From Octopus bimaculoides (taxonomy: Eukaryota), in NCBI RefSeq assembly GCF_001194135.2, contig NC_068989.1, positions 96,240,732-96,293,724 on the forward strand: a DNA stretch of 52,993 bases. Direction: 5' to 3'. Below, piece after piece: positions 1 to 11,992 of the stretch. A program made the position numbers and the translations under genes. The notes under the pieces were generated by a model. The model was not told where the DNA came from. It saw only the letters and a program-made list of their open reading frames with translations, and ran no database searches. How positions within the stretch are numbered: position 1 is the stretch's first letter; each line of letters begins with the position of its first letter.

Positions 1-290
1 TTGGCATTTATAAGCCGCCCTCTTTCCCTATTTCTGGCGAGGATGTAGTCGATTTGGCTAGAGTGTCTGCCGGAGCGGTAGGTGACTAGGTGACTGGCAG
101 GTTTCCTGAAGTTGGTATTGCAGACCATAAGATTGGTTGCATCACAGAACTCCAGCAGTCTGGTTCCCTCCTCGTTGCGGGAACCGAAGCCATAGCCTCC
201 ATGTATGCCATGGAAGCCTCCAGCACGACGTCCGACATGACCGTTGAAGTCTCCAGCCACAAAGAGAAGGTCCCTGTCACTCGTCGATGA
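1..290 (-). mobile_element. RTE-clade LINE, APE endonuclease fragment (continues off the left edge)
   Basis: Open minus frame LLFVAGDFNGHVGRRAGGFHGIHGGYGFGSRNEEGTRLLEFCDATNLMVCNTNFRKPASHLVTYRSGRHSSQIDYIL, with the GDFN and QIDY endonuclease motifs typical of RTE elements. Confidence 0.9.
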
Positions 291-408
291 GTTCAATTTT
301 GGGGGGCCAGACAGTGTCCTTGAACAAAGCATATCATGATATTGCAATGAGTGCCATTAGCAGTTGAAGTGAGGAGCCAACCCAACAACAGACTGGTTTT
401 CCTTTTAG

Positions 409-437
409 GAATGTTGGACTCTTGTACTCAAAGTTAT
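409..437 (+). CDS. Candidate 29-nt exon of an unidentified gene
   Basis: ggttttccttttAG acceptor and T|GTAAGC donor; all three frames are open. No homology recognised. Confidence 0.25.
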
Positions 438-1623
438 GTAAGCACCACAGAAACAAGAATGGACAATCTCTCCTAATGAACATACAGACTCAAGACAGAC
501 TTTAAGTTGAGAAATTAGATAAGATAAACAATAAATGAGTAAAGGATAATTATGGAAACCTCCACACAGCTTACAAATTAATTAATGCTGTATAATGTCA
601 ACACAATTCGTTATACTGTAAATGATTCCTCATCATTAAGACTAAAATATGTTTACATATACAGAAATCATTAATTAAATCTCTATTTTCCTATACTGGC
701 TTTTATGAAAGCATTTCTAATTGACCATTTAAAATCATTCTTGTTATTAAGGTTTTCTTCCTTCTTTTCTTCACTCTAATCATCAACAATGAATTGCCGT
801 TTATCATAATTTTAGATCCAAAATTTCTAGACGAAATTATTTAATTAATAATATTTTTTTAAAAATTTGATTACTAATTTTACTGATTGTCTTCTAATTG
901 CTATTAATTGATCTTATTCCTCTATTCGTTTCAATTGAATATAGTTTCAATGAAGTCTTATTTTCATTTGCTGGGTTTATTTTTTTACTATTTTTTTATC
1001 ATTTTTATTTATTTATTACATTTGAACTCCAAGCAAAATATGTAGTTTAATATTGAAGCAGTTATAAAAATAAAATATAAAAATTAAAAGAATAAAATTT
1101 CTTTTGCTGTTTTGCATTAGTTAATGTTCAAACTAATTTTCAGCAACAAACCAATTGCTGATGTTGCTGTTCATTTTCTCTCTTTAATCAAACATCTTTA
1201 GTTTACAATGCATATTTTATCCACAGTTTGTTTCTTAAAATTCATTCAGTTTTTCTTTGGAATTCTAATCTTACATTCTAAACAGACATAGACTTCCAGC
1301 AAGAGCTGTTATATATTGCGTGTCATTGTTCTCATGCCATCATTTTCATAATTATGCCTCATTCTGCTCTTCTTGTTTCTTTCTATATTTAATTCGTTAT
1401 TCTTTATTAATTATCAAAGGTAAATCAACAAATTTTATTCTCTTTAGCTTCTGATTCCTCATTATGTACTTCGACATTGATTAATTTGATGTTAGAAATT
1501 TAAAAAACATTTTTATAATAAATAAAGGGCCTATATTGAATATATTGTAGATTTTATATTTATGAATAATACATACACTTATATGCATTATATATACATG
1601 CTTAGTCATGTATATGTGAAAGC

Positions 1624-1660
<37 letters not shown>

Positions 1661-2310
1661 ATTCACCATTTCTCTTCTCAAGCCAACATTTGCATCAACC
1701 TTTTTCTAATTTTTTCTCACCATTCTTCATGTACCAGCATCTTGGTTTTCAAATAGAAATAGTCATATGCCCTGAGCCTGCAGATTGCTTCGAGGCACAA
1801 GGCACAGTATATTGCCACAAGGTACAGTATATAAATGTGTCTTAATGTCAGTGTCACTTTGGCAAGAAACTATTATTCGCTCTTAACTCTGTACGTTAAA
1901 TGGCATTTATGTCTCACTGAATGGACTACTTTTCTTGTTAACCCTGTCTTAAGGGAAAAGTATGTTATATATCTATATGTGTGTGTGTGTGTGTGTGTAT
2001 TGGACAATAAATGTTAAATGATGATGATGATATATATATAAATATACACAAACACACACATCTATATACACACAGACACACACACACACAGTGGAGGTTT
2101 GTGTCTTTGTGAGAATTCATAGGAATTCAGTCTCATGACTCCGTGGCTTAGGAAGAACCTTTAAGCCTTATTTTTTAATACTCACACACACACACACCCA
2201 CACACACACACATAAATAGATAGATACATACATATTTATATGCATATACATAGATGTGTGCGTGTTTATATCTATATATATATGTATATATGTATATATT
2301 TTTTTATTTT

Positions 2311-2643
2311 TATTTATTTATGTGTTTCAGCCAAGTGGCTGCGGTCATGCTGGTGCACCACCGTGATTTTCACGTTCCTTGCATGGCTCTTCTCCCCCAC
2401 CTGACATGGTCCAATCAAGAGTTTTGATGGCACATCTGGTGTATAAGAGAATTTGACACAGCTGCCCTAAACTGCGTCTCATTACGAGCCATTGGTTCGT
2501 CTGGTATCTTGGAGAGGAAAGCGTCAAGTTTTGTCTTGAAGACCTCCGCATCCATGTCTTGCATGTCTCTCAAATGTTTTGGCAGGGCATTGAAGAGCTG
2601 AGGTCCCCTGAAACCGAGGCTGCTGCAGTATCTCGTTCTTATG
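2311..2643 (-). mobile_element. CR1-like LINE 3' end (ORF2 C-terminus, short 3' UTR, TAAA-rich tail); the 5' part runs into a gap
   Basis: Minus frame IRTRYCSSLGFRGPQLFNALPKHLRDMQDMDAEVFKTKLDAFLSKIPDEPMARNETQFRAAVSNSLIHQMCHQNS* (stop at 2415-17) has the CR1-type GPxLFNxLP...FKxxLDxFL...PDEP C-terminus. Confidence 0.8.
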
Positions 2644-3600
2644 NNNNNNNNNNNNNNNNNNNNNNNNNNNNNNNNNNNNNNNNNNNNNNNNNNNNNNNNN
2701 NNNNNNNNNNNNNNNNNNNNNNNNNNNNNNNNNNNNNNNNNNNNNNNNNNNNNNNNNNNNNNNNNNNNNNNNNNNNNNNNNNNNNNNNNNNNNNNNNNNN
2801 NNNNNNNNNNNNNNNNNNNNNNNNNNNNNNNNNNNNNNNNNNNNNNNNNNNNNNNNNNNNNNNNNNNNNNNNNNNNNNNNNNNNNNNNNNNNNNNNNNNN
2901 NNNNNNNNNNNNNNNNNNNNNNNNNNNNNNNNNNNNNNNNNNNNNNNNNNNNNNNNNNNNNNNNNNNNNNNNNNNNNNNNNNNNNNNNNNNNNNNNNNNN
3001 NNNNNNNNNNNNNNNNNNNNNNNNNNNNNNNNNNNNNNNNNNNNNNNNNNNNNNNNNNNNNNNNNNNNNNNNNNNNNNNNNNNNNNNNNNNNNNNNNNNN
3101 NNNNNNNNNNNNNNNNNNNNNNNNNNNNNNNNNNNNNNNNNNNNNNNNNNNNNNNNNNNNNNNNNNNNNNNNNNNNNNNNNNNNNNNNNNNNNNNNNNNN
3201 NNNNNNNNNNNNNNNNNNNNNNNNNNNNNNNNNNNNNNNNNNNNNNNNNNNNNNNNNNNNNNNNNNNNNNNNNNNNNNNNNNNNNNNNNNNNNNNNNNNN
3301 NNNNNNNNNNNNNNNNNNNNNNNNNNNNNNNNNNNNNNNNNNNNNNNNNNNNNNNNNNNNNNNNNNNNNNNNNNNNNNNNNNNNNNNNNNNNNNNNNNNN
3401 NNNNNNNNNNNNNNNNNNNNNNNNNNNNNNNNNNNNNNNNNNNNNNNNNNNNNNNNNNNNNNNNNNNNNNNNNNNNNNNNNNNNNNNNNNNNNNNNNNNN
3501 NNNNNNNNNNNNNNNNNNNNNNNNNNNNNNNNNNNNNNNNNNNNNNNNNNNNNNNNNNNNNNNNNNNNNNNNNNNNNNNNNNNNNNNNNNNNNNNNNNNN
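2644..3600. other. Assembly gap (N run). Other gaps: 14610-14619, 15954-16015, 21994-22014, 28413-28718, 42092-42643, 47828-48397, 50228-50267
   Basis: Runs of n, nearly all flanked by microsatellites or homopolymers. Confidence 1.
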
Positions 3601-3637
<37 letters not shown>

Positions 3638-3762
3638 GTATTTATGTATATATATATGTGTGTTTTTATATTATTAATAAATTCATAAACTTATCAATAA
3701 TATACTCAGGAAATCAATATTTAATATTTCAAAAGATATATATTCCTGTATATATATATATG

Positions 3763-3793
<31 letters not shown>

Positions 3794-3934
3794 GTATATA
3801 TGTATATATATATGTACATGTATTTATATATATATGTCTATATATATATATGTATAAGTATTTATATATATATATATGTATATATATGTATATGTATATA
3901 TATATATGTATATATATATGTATATATATATGTA

Positions 3935-4018
<84 letters not shown>

Positions 4019-4035
4019 TATACACATATATACGC
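3601..4035. repeat. Compound (TA)n/(TATG)/(CA)n microsatellite
   Basis: Direct reading. Confidence 0.98.
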
Positions 4036-4044
4036 ATATAACAG

Positions 4045-4093
4045 AAATTATTAGATCCAGCGATGATTGTGCAATTACTGTGAATGATATCAG
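4045..4093 (+). CDS. Candidate 49-nt exon ([16 protein letters not shown]) of an unidentified gene
   Basis: acAG acceptor after the microsatellite and CAG|GTAACC donor. Phase 1 to 2, which joins in frame with the candidate at 4321. Confidence 0.3.
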
Positions 4094-4320
4094 GTAACCA
4101 TAGACATTGAACATGCTTTATTGGCATACCACTAGGGACATACCTGACACTTAAACTTTAAATTTTAACGCATACACACACAAATATATATAAAACTTCT
4201 CAGTTTTTAAAACTAGTTTTGCTAATTATTGCTAATTACTCTTTTTAATTTTTCAACTGTTGCTTGTCTGTATGTTTAATTTATAATTTTATTTTTTGTT
4301 ATATATATATTTCTTTATAG

Positions 4321-4384
4321 CTGCAACATCAACAGCAGCAGCAGCAGTAGGTGTGATGTAGAAGAATCAGAGACACAAAACTGA
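4321..4384 (+). CDS. Candidate terminal exon (CNINSSSSSRCDVEESETQN*) of an unidentified gene
   Basis: atttctttatAG acceptor; phase-2 frame ends in TGA at 4382-84; in frame with 4045-4093. Confidence 0.3.
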
Positions 4385-4495
4385 CAACAATAATGTCCAA
4401 TTATATTTTAAAATTTTGTCTTCTGGTTTTGTGCATCAAATTGTGTTTCTTTTATTAAGTTTAGAAACCAATTGAATCGCATTGTAAAGCAACTG

Positions 4496-4577
4496 TTGTT
4501 GTTGTAGTTTAGCCCTAGGTCATCCCTGTTTGAGCAGACCTGTGATCAATGCGATCTTAGCCATGACCATCTCCATT
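4496..4577 (-). mobile_element. Short retroposon tail; a related copy lies at about 38288-38366 (+)
   Basis: agccctaggtcatccctg...agcagacctgtgatca is the reverse complement of cataggtctgc...gctgacctagggctaaa at 38320-38356; (AAC)n-like tail. Confidence 0.45.
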
Positions 4578-5074
4578 GATTTGACATTCATCTTACACGT
4601 TATGGCATTGTTTCAATATGGATTTGTGAGGCAGAGTCTTTCAGCCAAACGTCCTTCATGACTCCAACTGTTTTAGCCACCTCTTATGATACGCAAACAT
4701 TAGGGTTATGGGGAACCTATTCTAACCCTTTTGTTATTAGATTCCTGTTTAATTAACCTGCAGCGTATTTCAATATGTGTGTGTGTGTGTGTGTATAAAA
4801 GGCATAGAAAGCCAGGAAGTATGAAAGGTGAATATATTTCTTTAACCTTTTGTCATTCTAAAGATTTACAGTCATTTCTCACTTTTTATGGTTTATATTC
4901 TCTCCATGAAATACTTTCATTGATCAGGTCTTCTGGATTCCAGCTGCATGGAATTCTGCATTAATACTCTTCAATATGTAACCTGCTTGCTGCGTCCATT
5001 AGGAGAGGTTTCTGTGGTAACCTCTGGATTTTATGAATCCATACATCACACTACAAATTTATGTAACTATCTTT

Positions 5075-5590
5075 ATTATCATCATTTAGCATCTGTTTTC
5101 TATACAGACATGGGTTCGATGCTTTGACTGGAACTGCTAAGCTGGAGAGCTGCACCAGGTTCCACTCTGTTTTGGCTTTGATGCCCTTCCTAACACCAAC
5201 CACTCCAAGAGGCTACCTACCGGCTGCTTTAGAGTGTGTTGAGTGCTTTTCAAGTGTCTCCTGCATGGGTGCCTTTAATGTGTTACCAGCATGGGTGCCT
5301 TTCTATGGCACTAGCACAGGTGCTTCTTACATGTCACCAGTACAGGTGCCCTTCACATGTCATTGGCACAGGTGCCTTTTACATACCATCAGCATGGCTG
5401 CCTTTTACATGTCACTAGCTATGACTACGATTTCCCTTAGCCTGACGTGTCTTCTCAAGCACAGCAAATTGCCAAAAGTTTTGGTCACTTGTCATCACCT
5501 CCATGGGACTCAATCTCCAAAGATCCTATTTCACCACCATGTCCCACATCTTCCTGGGTCTGCCAATTCCACAGGTTCCCTCCACATTTA
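5075..5590 (-). mobile_element. RTE LINE 3' end with a ~23-bp internal tandem repeat in the 3' UTR
   Basis: Minus frame NVEGTCGIGRPRKMWDMVVK*DLWRLSPMEVMTSDQNFWQFAVLEKTRQAK. GCAYRGGTGCCTTTTACATGTCA-like units at about 5270-5410; (GAT)-type tail. Confidence 0.8.
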
Positions 5591-5606
5591 GAGAGCAACA
5601 CTTTTT

Positions 5607-5965
5607 TATGCAGCTGTCCTATTAACAGACTGGATGTTGTTGTTTGAGACTGACAAGGAAAAGAATGTACCATCATAGAGGTCAGTTGTCCTGTTGATGG
5701 GAATATCTCTTTGAAAATCAAAGAGAAAGAAGATAACCATGAACAACTGCTTCAAAACTTCCAGCTTCTAAATCCGGATTACAGATTCACATTTCTACCA
5801 ATAATAATTGGAGCACTTGGATTTGTAAGTAAATGCCTAACTGTCAGTCTGGATAAGGTTGGATTTTCAGACAAAAGAAATCAACCGATTTGCATATTAC
5901 AAATACAATCTGGTAGTGGAACAATAAAACTATACAAGACTTTTCTCGAGTTTAAAACAAGACAT
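5607..5965 (+). mobile_element. Restriction-like endonuclease (RLE) C-terminus of an R4/Dong- or R2-type non-LTR retrotransposon, decayed
   Basis: CPINRLDVVV*D*QGKECTIIEVSCPVDGNISLKIKEKEDNHEQLL...FLPIIIGALGFVSKCL...GTIKLYKTFLEF matches the RPD-x-IIEVSCP and PIIIGALG RLE motifs; two in-frame stops. Confidence 0.8.
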
Positions 5966-6224
5966 TGTTTTCATTATCTACATTCCAAAGATGGAGCTTT
6001 GTATCTTTGTTAGAAACCAGTTCCTTCTTCAGAGGAAGAATTTAAATGTTGAAATACAGAAAAAAAAGACTTACATATATGCATACATATTTATTCTTAA
6101 GTAGCCAATGCATTTTGAATGAATTTGGTACATGGAAACTGTTAGGACCCATCATTTATGTGTGTGTGTGTCTGTGTCTGTGCCTGTGTGTGTGCGTGGG
6201 TGCACATATTTGCATTTCTGCTTC

Positions 6225-6400
6225 TCTATTACTCCTTGACAATCAGTGCTGGTTTGTTTACATCCCTGTAACTGACAGCTTGGCAGAAAGAGACTGCTAG
6301 AATAAGTACCAAACTTCACTTTAGTACTGGAGACAATTTGAGGAATAAAGCCTTTCAAGGTGGTGCCCCAGCATGACCACAGTCCTCAAAATGAAAGAAC
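6225..6400 (+). mobile_element. SINE family A, 3' half
   Basis: gtttacatccctgtaact...agaataagtacca...ggtggtgccccagcatgaccacagtc is shared with copies at 15468-15665, 18300-18530 and 52680-52885. Confidence 0.75.
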
Positions 6401-6769
6401 CACCATCGTACTGTATCCAATATGTATCTCTTATTAAAGAGCTAAAGTTACTTCTACCATTATTATTCGTATATCCTCGATGTGTATGTAGATCATCTTT
6501 ACCAAATTTAACTTTTAACGCTAAATTTTTATCTCTGTGTGTATTTACATGTTTAATTATTCATTTGTTATTTCTAAATCGATCCTTATCTCAGATTTGA
6601 TGAAATGTCAAGCTTAATACTATCTTTTTTTTGTGATATGTAAATACGTTTTTTTTTTTTATATATTTTTTGATGTTGAAAGAAAAGCATGGAAAAAAAA
6701 AATCAATACTTTTTTTTCCTTTTCAATTTTCTTATTTATTCAAAACATGTTTGTACAGCAAAGGTTTAG

Positions 6770-7137
6770 ATGGAGATTAAGGTTATATACTTCACTCTGT
6801 CTGTTAGAGAACTTTCTCTGTTGTCAGTAGAGAGGTCTCGATTACAAATGAACAATAATGTCACAGTGGAAGATCCAGTCTTGCTTCAGTCATTGTGTTG
6901 CATCGATGTGTTTTGGAGAAAACAGGTAATATTTTCAGAATTGTACTTGTCTAACAAATGACTTGATCCGAGACACTGTGTTGAAACTGTATCATGGAAG
7001 AACCATTTCAGAACACACAAAACCAAATTCAATTTGTTTCATGAAATGTCAAAATTCTTTTATGCAGCTGCAACCTAGTCATTGATGCAGTTCCACTTAA
7101 GTGCAGCAAAAATTTTGATGCACCATGAAGTAAATGT
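6770..7137. mobile_element. Possible DNA-transposon relic
   Basis: Ends in a TIR-like gtgcagcaaaaattttgatgcaccatgaagTA; no catalytic motif recognised. Confidence 0.25.
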
Positions 7138-7199
7138 AAAGTGAATTTAATTAAATTTAATCTCACTGGTTCTTCTACAATGTAGCTTTCTGTAACACT

Positions 7200-7455
7200 T
7201 TTGTGTGGTTAAGTAGCTTGCTTTGCAACCACATGGTTTCCAGTTCAATCCCACTGTATGGTGCCTTGGGCAATTGTCTTGTAGTCTAGCTCCAGGCCAA
7301 CTAATGCCTTGTAAGTGAAAATGGCAGATGAAAACTATGTGGAAGCCCATCATATATGTATGTGTGTGTGGGGGGGGGCATCAATAGAATTGACTAAATC
7401 TCTTCAAGGCACTCCATCACATGGCCACAGTTCAATAAGTGAAACAAGTGAAAGA
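7200..7455 (+). mobile_element. SINE family A (tRNA-derived head)
   Basis: gtgtggttaagtagcttgct...ccagttcaatcccactg (A/B-box-like), then ccttgggcaa...gaaactatgtggaagccc. Confidence 0.75.
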
Positions 7456-7647
7456 AGACTGCATAAGTTGTCCCAATAATGTTGTAAAAAGTGAAATAAA
7501 TTCTAAAATATAGAAAACCCCTTTCCTAATAAATGTTAAACATGAAAATATACAAAATATGAAATCGCAAAAGACTGGTGTAATGAAATATTTTCTAACA
7601 TTGTCACAAAACGACACATTTTATTGAAGGACACAGTCATTTCACGT

Positions 7648-7862
7648 TTTTAGCTTTTAAACCAGTCATATCAAGCCCAAATATTTTACCTGTCTTATGT
7701 TCAGACTGGCCAAATCTTGCCTTTCACACCTACCCTGCAATGTCATTCTAAGCATGTTCAAAATCTTGAAGCTATGAGACATAGCATGATTAATTCAGAG
7801 CAATGGGAATATAATTAAATGCTTTGCATTTGACAGAGTAATCCAAATGCTGATGAGTTAAA
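7648..7862. mobile_element. TTAA-type (piggyBac-like) MITE, decayed
   Basis: Ends in aatccaaatgctgatgagTTAA and resembles a recalled Octopus MITE with CCCTTTAGCATT termini. Similar ends at about 10838 (aaagggTTAA) and about 39350. Confidence 0.5.
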
Positions 7863-7989
7863 CTGACCCCAGCAGTTGACTGGGATGGATAAAAAACAAA
7901 AGTCAAGCTTGACAGAATTTTGACTAATTTTTGCTAAATACGACAATATATTCTTATCAGTGTCATAAAACTATTGATTTCTAATGTAA

Positions 7990-8190
7990 GCAAAAGGAGG
8001 CCACAATTTTAGGAGGATAGTCTAAAGAAAAGATTAACTCCACTTATTTTCTAGTACTTTATTTCATTGACCCCCAAAAGAATTAATGACAGTGAACCCT
8101 GGTGGGATTTGAACTCAGAACATAAAAAAAAAACCCATAGCTAAATACCAGAACATGTTTCATCCGACACTTCAAAAGTTTTGCCAACCT
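7990..8190 (-). mobile_element. SINE family B
   Basis: gggatttgaactcagaac (reverse B-box), ttcattgacccccaaaagaat; related to 28068-28285. Confidence 0.65.
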
Positions 8191-8389
8191 TAATGTGATA
8201 AAATATTAACATTAGACTCTGTTTGAACTTTTGGTTGTTTTCAGTTTTATGTCATAAAAAAAGAGAGAGAATTGCTGCTCACCAAATTGACAGACTGCCA
8301 ACGCTGGAGAGTTTAAAGTGGTACCTTTTCCTAAAAGTTTTCTCTGTATTTTTGTTTTAAGGCCCTTGGCAATGTTATACATACAAAGA

Positions 8390-9320
8390 TGGAGTTGTGG
8401 CTGTGTGAATATGCAGTTTGCTTTGTTATCATGTAGTCTTGAGTTCTATCTCACTGTGGGGTACCTTGGGCAAATGTCTTTAGCATGTGAGGGAAATTGG
8501 TCAATGGAAACTGTACAGAAATCGATTGTGTGTGCTTCAGTGTGCAATGCATGTGTTTGGTTGTGCATGCCTCTGTGTGAGAGAGAGAGAAAGAGAGAGT
8601 GTGAGAGTGAGAAAGAGAAAGAGTGAGAGAGTGAGAGTGAGAGACTGAATGTTTCATTCTTCACTTTGCATGAAAAACTGTTGACAGTATTAAAAATGGT
8701 GATGTTTCCTGATATTACCTGTAAAAAAAAAAGTCCCCCAGCTTAATTCTTCATGTTGAAACACAAATGGAATGCAAGAAAAAAACTTTACTCATAGAAA
8801 TGTGTAAGGAGTAGTAACAGCAAGGGTATCCAGCTGTAAAATAATCTTTCAATCATATATGCATACACACACACGTGTGTGTGTGTGTGTGTGTATACTT
8901 TTTTGGCATAGGCACAGGTGTGGGTGTGTTCTTCGGAAGCATATTTTCCAACCATGTGGTCTCTGGTTCAGTCCTACTACATGACACCTTCTACCATAGC
9001 CCTAGGTTGATCAAAAACTTGTTAGTGGGTTTGGTAAATGGAAAGTGAAAGAAGCCTTTTGTATACGTATATGTACATGTGTGTGTGTGTGTGACTTTGT
9101 CTTGACATCACATGATGATTGTGAGTAAGCATCACCATCACACAAGCTTTGTTATTTGTCTTCAGGATTCCATAGACAACATGCCTGGCCAAGGAAAATA
9201 TTAGCTTCCCTGGAAAGAGGGTTGATCATTTAAATGATGTCTGGCGACAAGAAAAGCATCCAACCATAGAAAATCTGACTCAGTTGTCTGAAAGCATGGA
9301 AATGTGGATGTTAAATGAGG
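8390..9320 (+). mobile_element. Two SINE family A copies (about 8390-8540 and 8905-9320), the second ending in an RTE-type tail
   Basis: ccttgggcaaatgtc; ggttcagtcctactacatgacacc; aaagcatggaaatgtggatgttaaatgaggatgat. Confidence 0.65.
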
Positions 9321-9384
9321 ATGATTATATGTGTATGCATGTGTGTGTGTGTGTGTGTGTTAGAGAGAGATTAAGAAGCTTGCC

Positions 9385-9585
9385 ACATGGTTTCTATTAT
9401 TGGCACAAGGCCTGAAATTTGAGGGAGGGGGCTAGTCAATAACACCAACCCCAGTACTCGACTGGTACTTAGTTCATCAACCCCAAAAGGATGAAAGGCA
9501 AAATCAACCATAACAGAATTTGAACTCAGAACATAGAGTCAGACAAAATCCTGTTCAGCATTTTGTCCAATGTGCTAATGACTCT
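9385..9585 (-). mobile_element. SINE family B
   Basis: actggtactt...aaaggatgaaaggcaaaatcaacc...gaatttgaactcagaac. Confidence 0.7.
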
Positions 9586-11257
9586 TTTGCAGCTCTCTCG
9601 CATAAATAATGCAACAGTTTTTTTGAGAAGACCCATTGAGGTTGTGTAGTGTCTGTCCTGTAACGTAATAAGAACTTGTGATTCTGGCAGCCATTAACTG
9701 GAATTTAACCTCACAAACATGTATTTAAATATGCTTGGCCTCCATATAAGAAAAAGAAAAATCTTGTCTTCTCTCAACACTTTTCAATGAGTTTGAGAGA
9801 TGGAAAGAAATATATTCATTGGTATGGAGTTCTGCTTGAACAGGACATATTCACTCAGGTTTACCAAATGAAGTGAAATATTTGCTTATTTGAACTGGGC
9901 TTTTCATTGCTCTAATGAAGTAAAATACTTTTACACTATCAAATCATCTTAGATTATATAGTTGGACATTTCCAAAAGCTATTCACTCTCAAGTTGTGAA
10001 AGTCTTTTATATGTCTACAGTTACTTCTCATCCTGTAAAGTGTGGATATGTTCTTCTCTATAGATTTTTATCTCTAAAATCTTTACACATTCAGTTTCCA
10101 ACATGACCTCATTAACACTAAGGAATTTATAACTTTTTATGAAGCTAATTAATTTTAAAATTCTAAATTCTCTAAGAATTAATAAATTCTCTTTCAGAAA
10201 TGTCAGAGACTGACTGTAACCATTCTACATTAGAATGCATTTTGATAATACATATAACCTTTATTATATTCACAATAACCTTTTCAAATTAATTAAAAGG
10301 GAATCGAAAACCTGTTTTAAACATTTAAGTGTCAAAACTGCTTAAAGACAATATTATCAAATATTTGTTTTATTGCATTTTCCTTGAAATTTTAGAAACA
10401 TTTTCACTTTTCTCTTTCATCCTCTACATTTCCTGACCTCTGCCCATCATTAATAAGTTTTAAGAGACAGGTGCACTAAAATGAATGCAAAGATCACTTA
10501 GATGGTGGCTACAGTTATGCATTTTAATATCTGATTTTGGATTATGTTCTTAAAATCTTTTTATTATCTTTGTTTTATAATTATCATCCATTGTTACATG
10601 ATCTTTCACAGACTAATACAATTATTATGATGCTTTATTGCCAATTGTTTTGGCTTTCAAGTGTATTATGGGGCTATGAAAGTTTTGAAATTTTACATTC
10701 CACTAAATTTGTCTGGTAAATTTGTCTGAAGTTTTCTCTGTTAATGGCTTGATGCCTGCTTCATAAACAGAGCCAAATAGAAAGTTTCTGTTAGGAATTT
10801 GAAATATGGAAACAAGATCTGGAATTAAAAGGGTTAAGATTAAACATGAATACAAATTGAAAGACGAATAATGGTTAGTGGGAAGCTGACAAAATTATCT
10901 TAAGATGGTGAAGATCATGTGACAATCGAACCATAAGATTTGGAAAAATTCACTGCAGATGTTACTTTACCTTCCAATCACCATCATTATCATCATCATC
11001 ATCATCAACTAAATAATTATCCTGAACCAATTAGGGAAGCCTCTAAGGAATCACTCAACCCGACTGTTAGAAATAACAGTCAAATCTCATTCAGATCATA
11101 TCCTGTTGTGGGGGGGGGGAGACACTGAATAAGGGACATCATCATCATTTCTTTGTATGTCCATTTTCCATTCTGGCACAGATTGGACTGGTCAGTATTT
11201 TCCAAGTCAATTCTTACTTGAAGTCATTACCCTCCTAGATTGGTCAAACGATCATGC

Positions 11258-11839
11258 TTGAAATGGCTTGGTTTCACTTTCTCACCTGACCCTTTTTGGG
11301 GTTCTTACAATTAATTGATCAGTTTGTTTCCTGTAAGGTGAGGATCATTGTTTAGGTCAAAAAACTACCTCACATCTCCGGCCATTCTGTATTTTTACAA
11401 GTCCGCAATTCATCTTTGTATGGAATACTGTTGTCCTATTTGGACCGGTGGTGCACCATCTTGTCAGTTTGACTGGGTTCTGAGTTTAGATGTGGGTCTC
11501 TGAATGGTCCCTCTCTTGCTTCAACTCTGTAGCCCTTGTCACATTGACATGATATCACCAGTCTTAGTTGTTTCTATCATTATTGCCAGAGAAAGTGCTC
11601 TAATGAACTTTCTCTCTTAATTCCATATCATTTTGTGCCATCTCACCTAACTCCAAACTCACATTGTCTTCATCCAAATAATGTTGTGCTTCCACAAAGA
11701 AGGAAGTCTTTCATCAGTTGTAGCTTTCTTTTTTTCACAAATTGCTATATTTTGGGACTCACTTCCATCTCATTGTTTTCCACCTTATGATGACTTGAAC
11801 TTCTTCAAGTCTAAAGTAAACTCATTCTTTGCATCTTAA
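11258..11839 (+). mobile_element. Decayed Jockey/CR1-group LINE, RT C-terminal region
   Basis: LKWLGFTFSPDPFWGSYN*...YLTSPAILYFYKSAIHLCMEYCCPIWTGG /frameshift/ ...SLSCFYHYCQRKCSNEL...FWDSLPSHCFPPYDDLNFFKSKVNSFFAS* matches the LYKxxIRPxMEYC..W and LWNxLP..FP..Y.L..FK motifs. Confidence 0.75.
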
Positions 11840-11968
11840 TTTCTCCATCATCCCTTACACAAAGTGACTTCTTGCCTCATTAAGGACTTTCTAAAAAAAA
11901 AATTAAATAAACGCATAAATGCCTCAATTATCCATTGTATTTTCTTGGTAGATTTCCATGGCTGGACA

Positions 11969-11992
11969 CCCTAACCCTAACCCTAACCCTAA
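11969..11992. repeat. (CCCTAA)4 interstitial telomere-type repeat
   Basis: Four perfect CCCTAA units. Confidence 0.9.

Noticed and set aside
7845-7900. CTGATGAG hammerhead-ribozyme core
   Set aside because: No matching GAAA and stems nearby; it coincides with a MITE terminus.
10612-10715. AG/GT-bounded frame resembling a signal peptide (MMLYCQLFWLSSVLWG)
   Set aside because: It runs into what looks like a TTAA-type MITE ending near 10838; no homology, and it does not fit THUMPD3.
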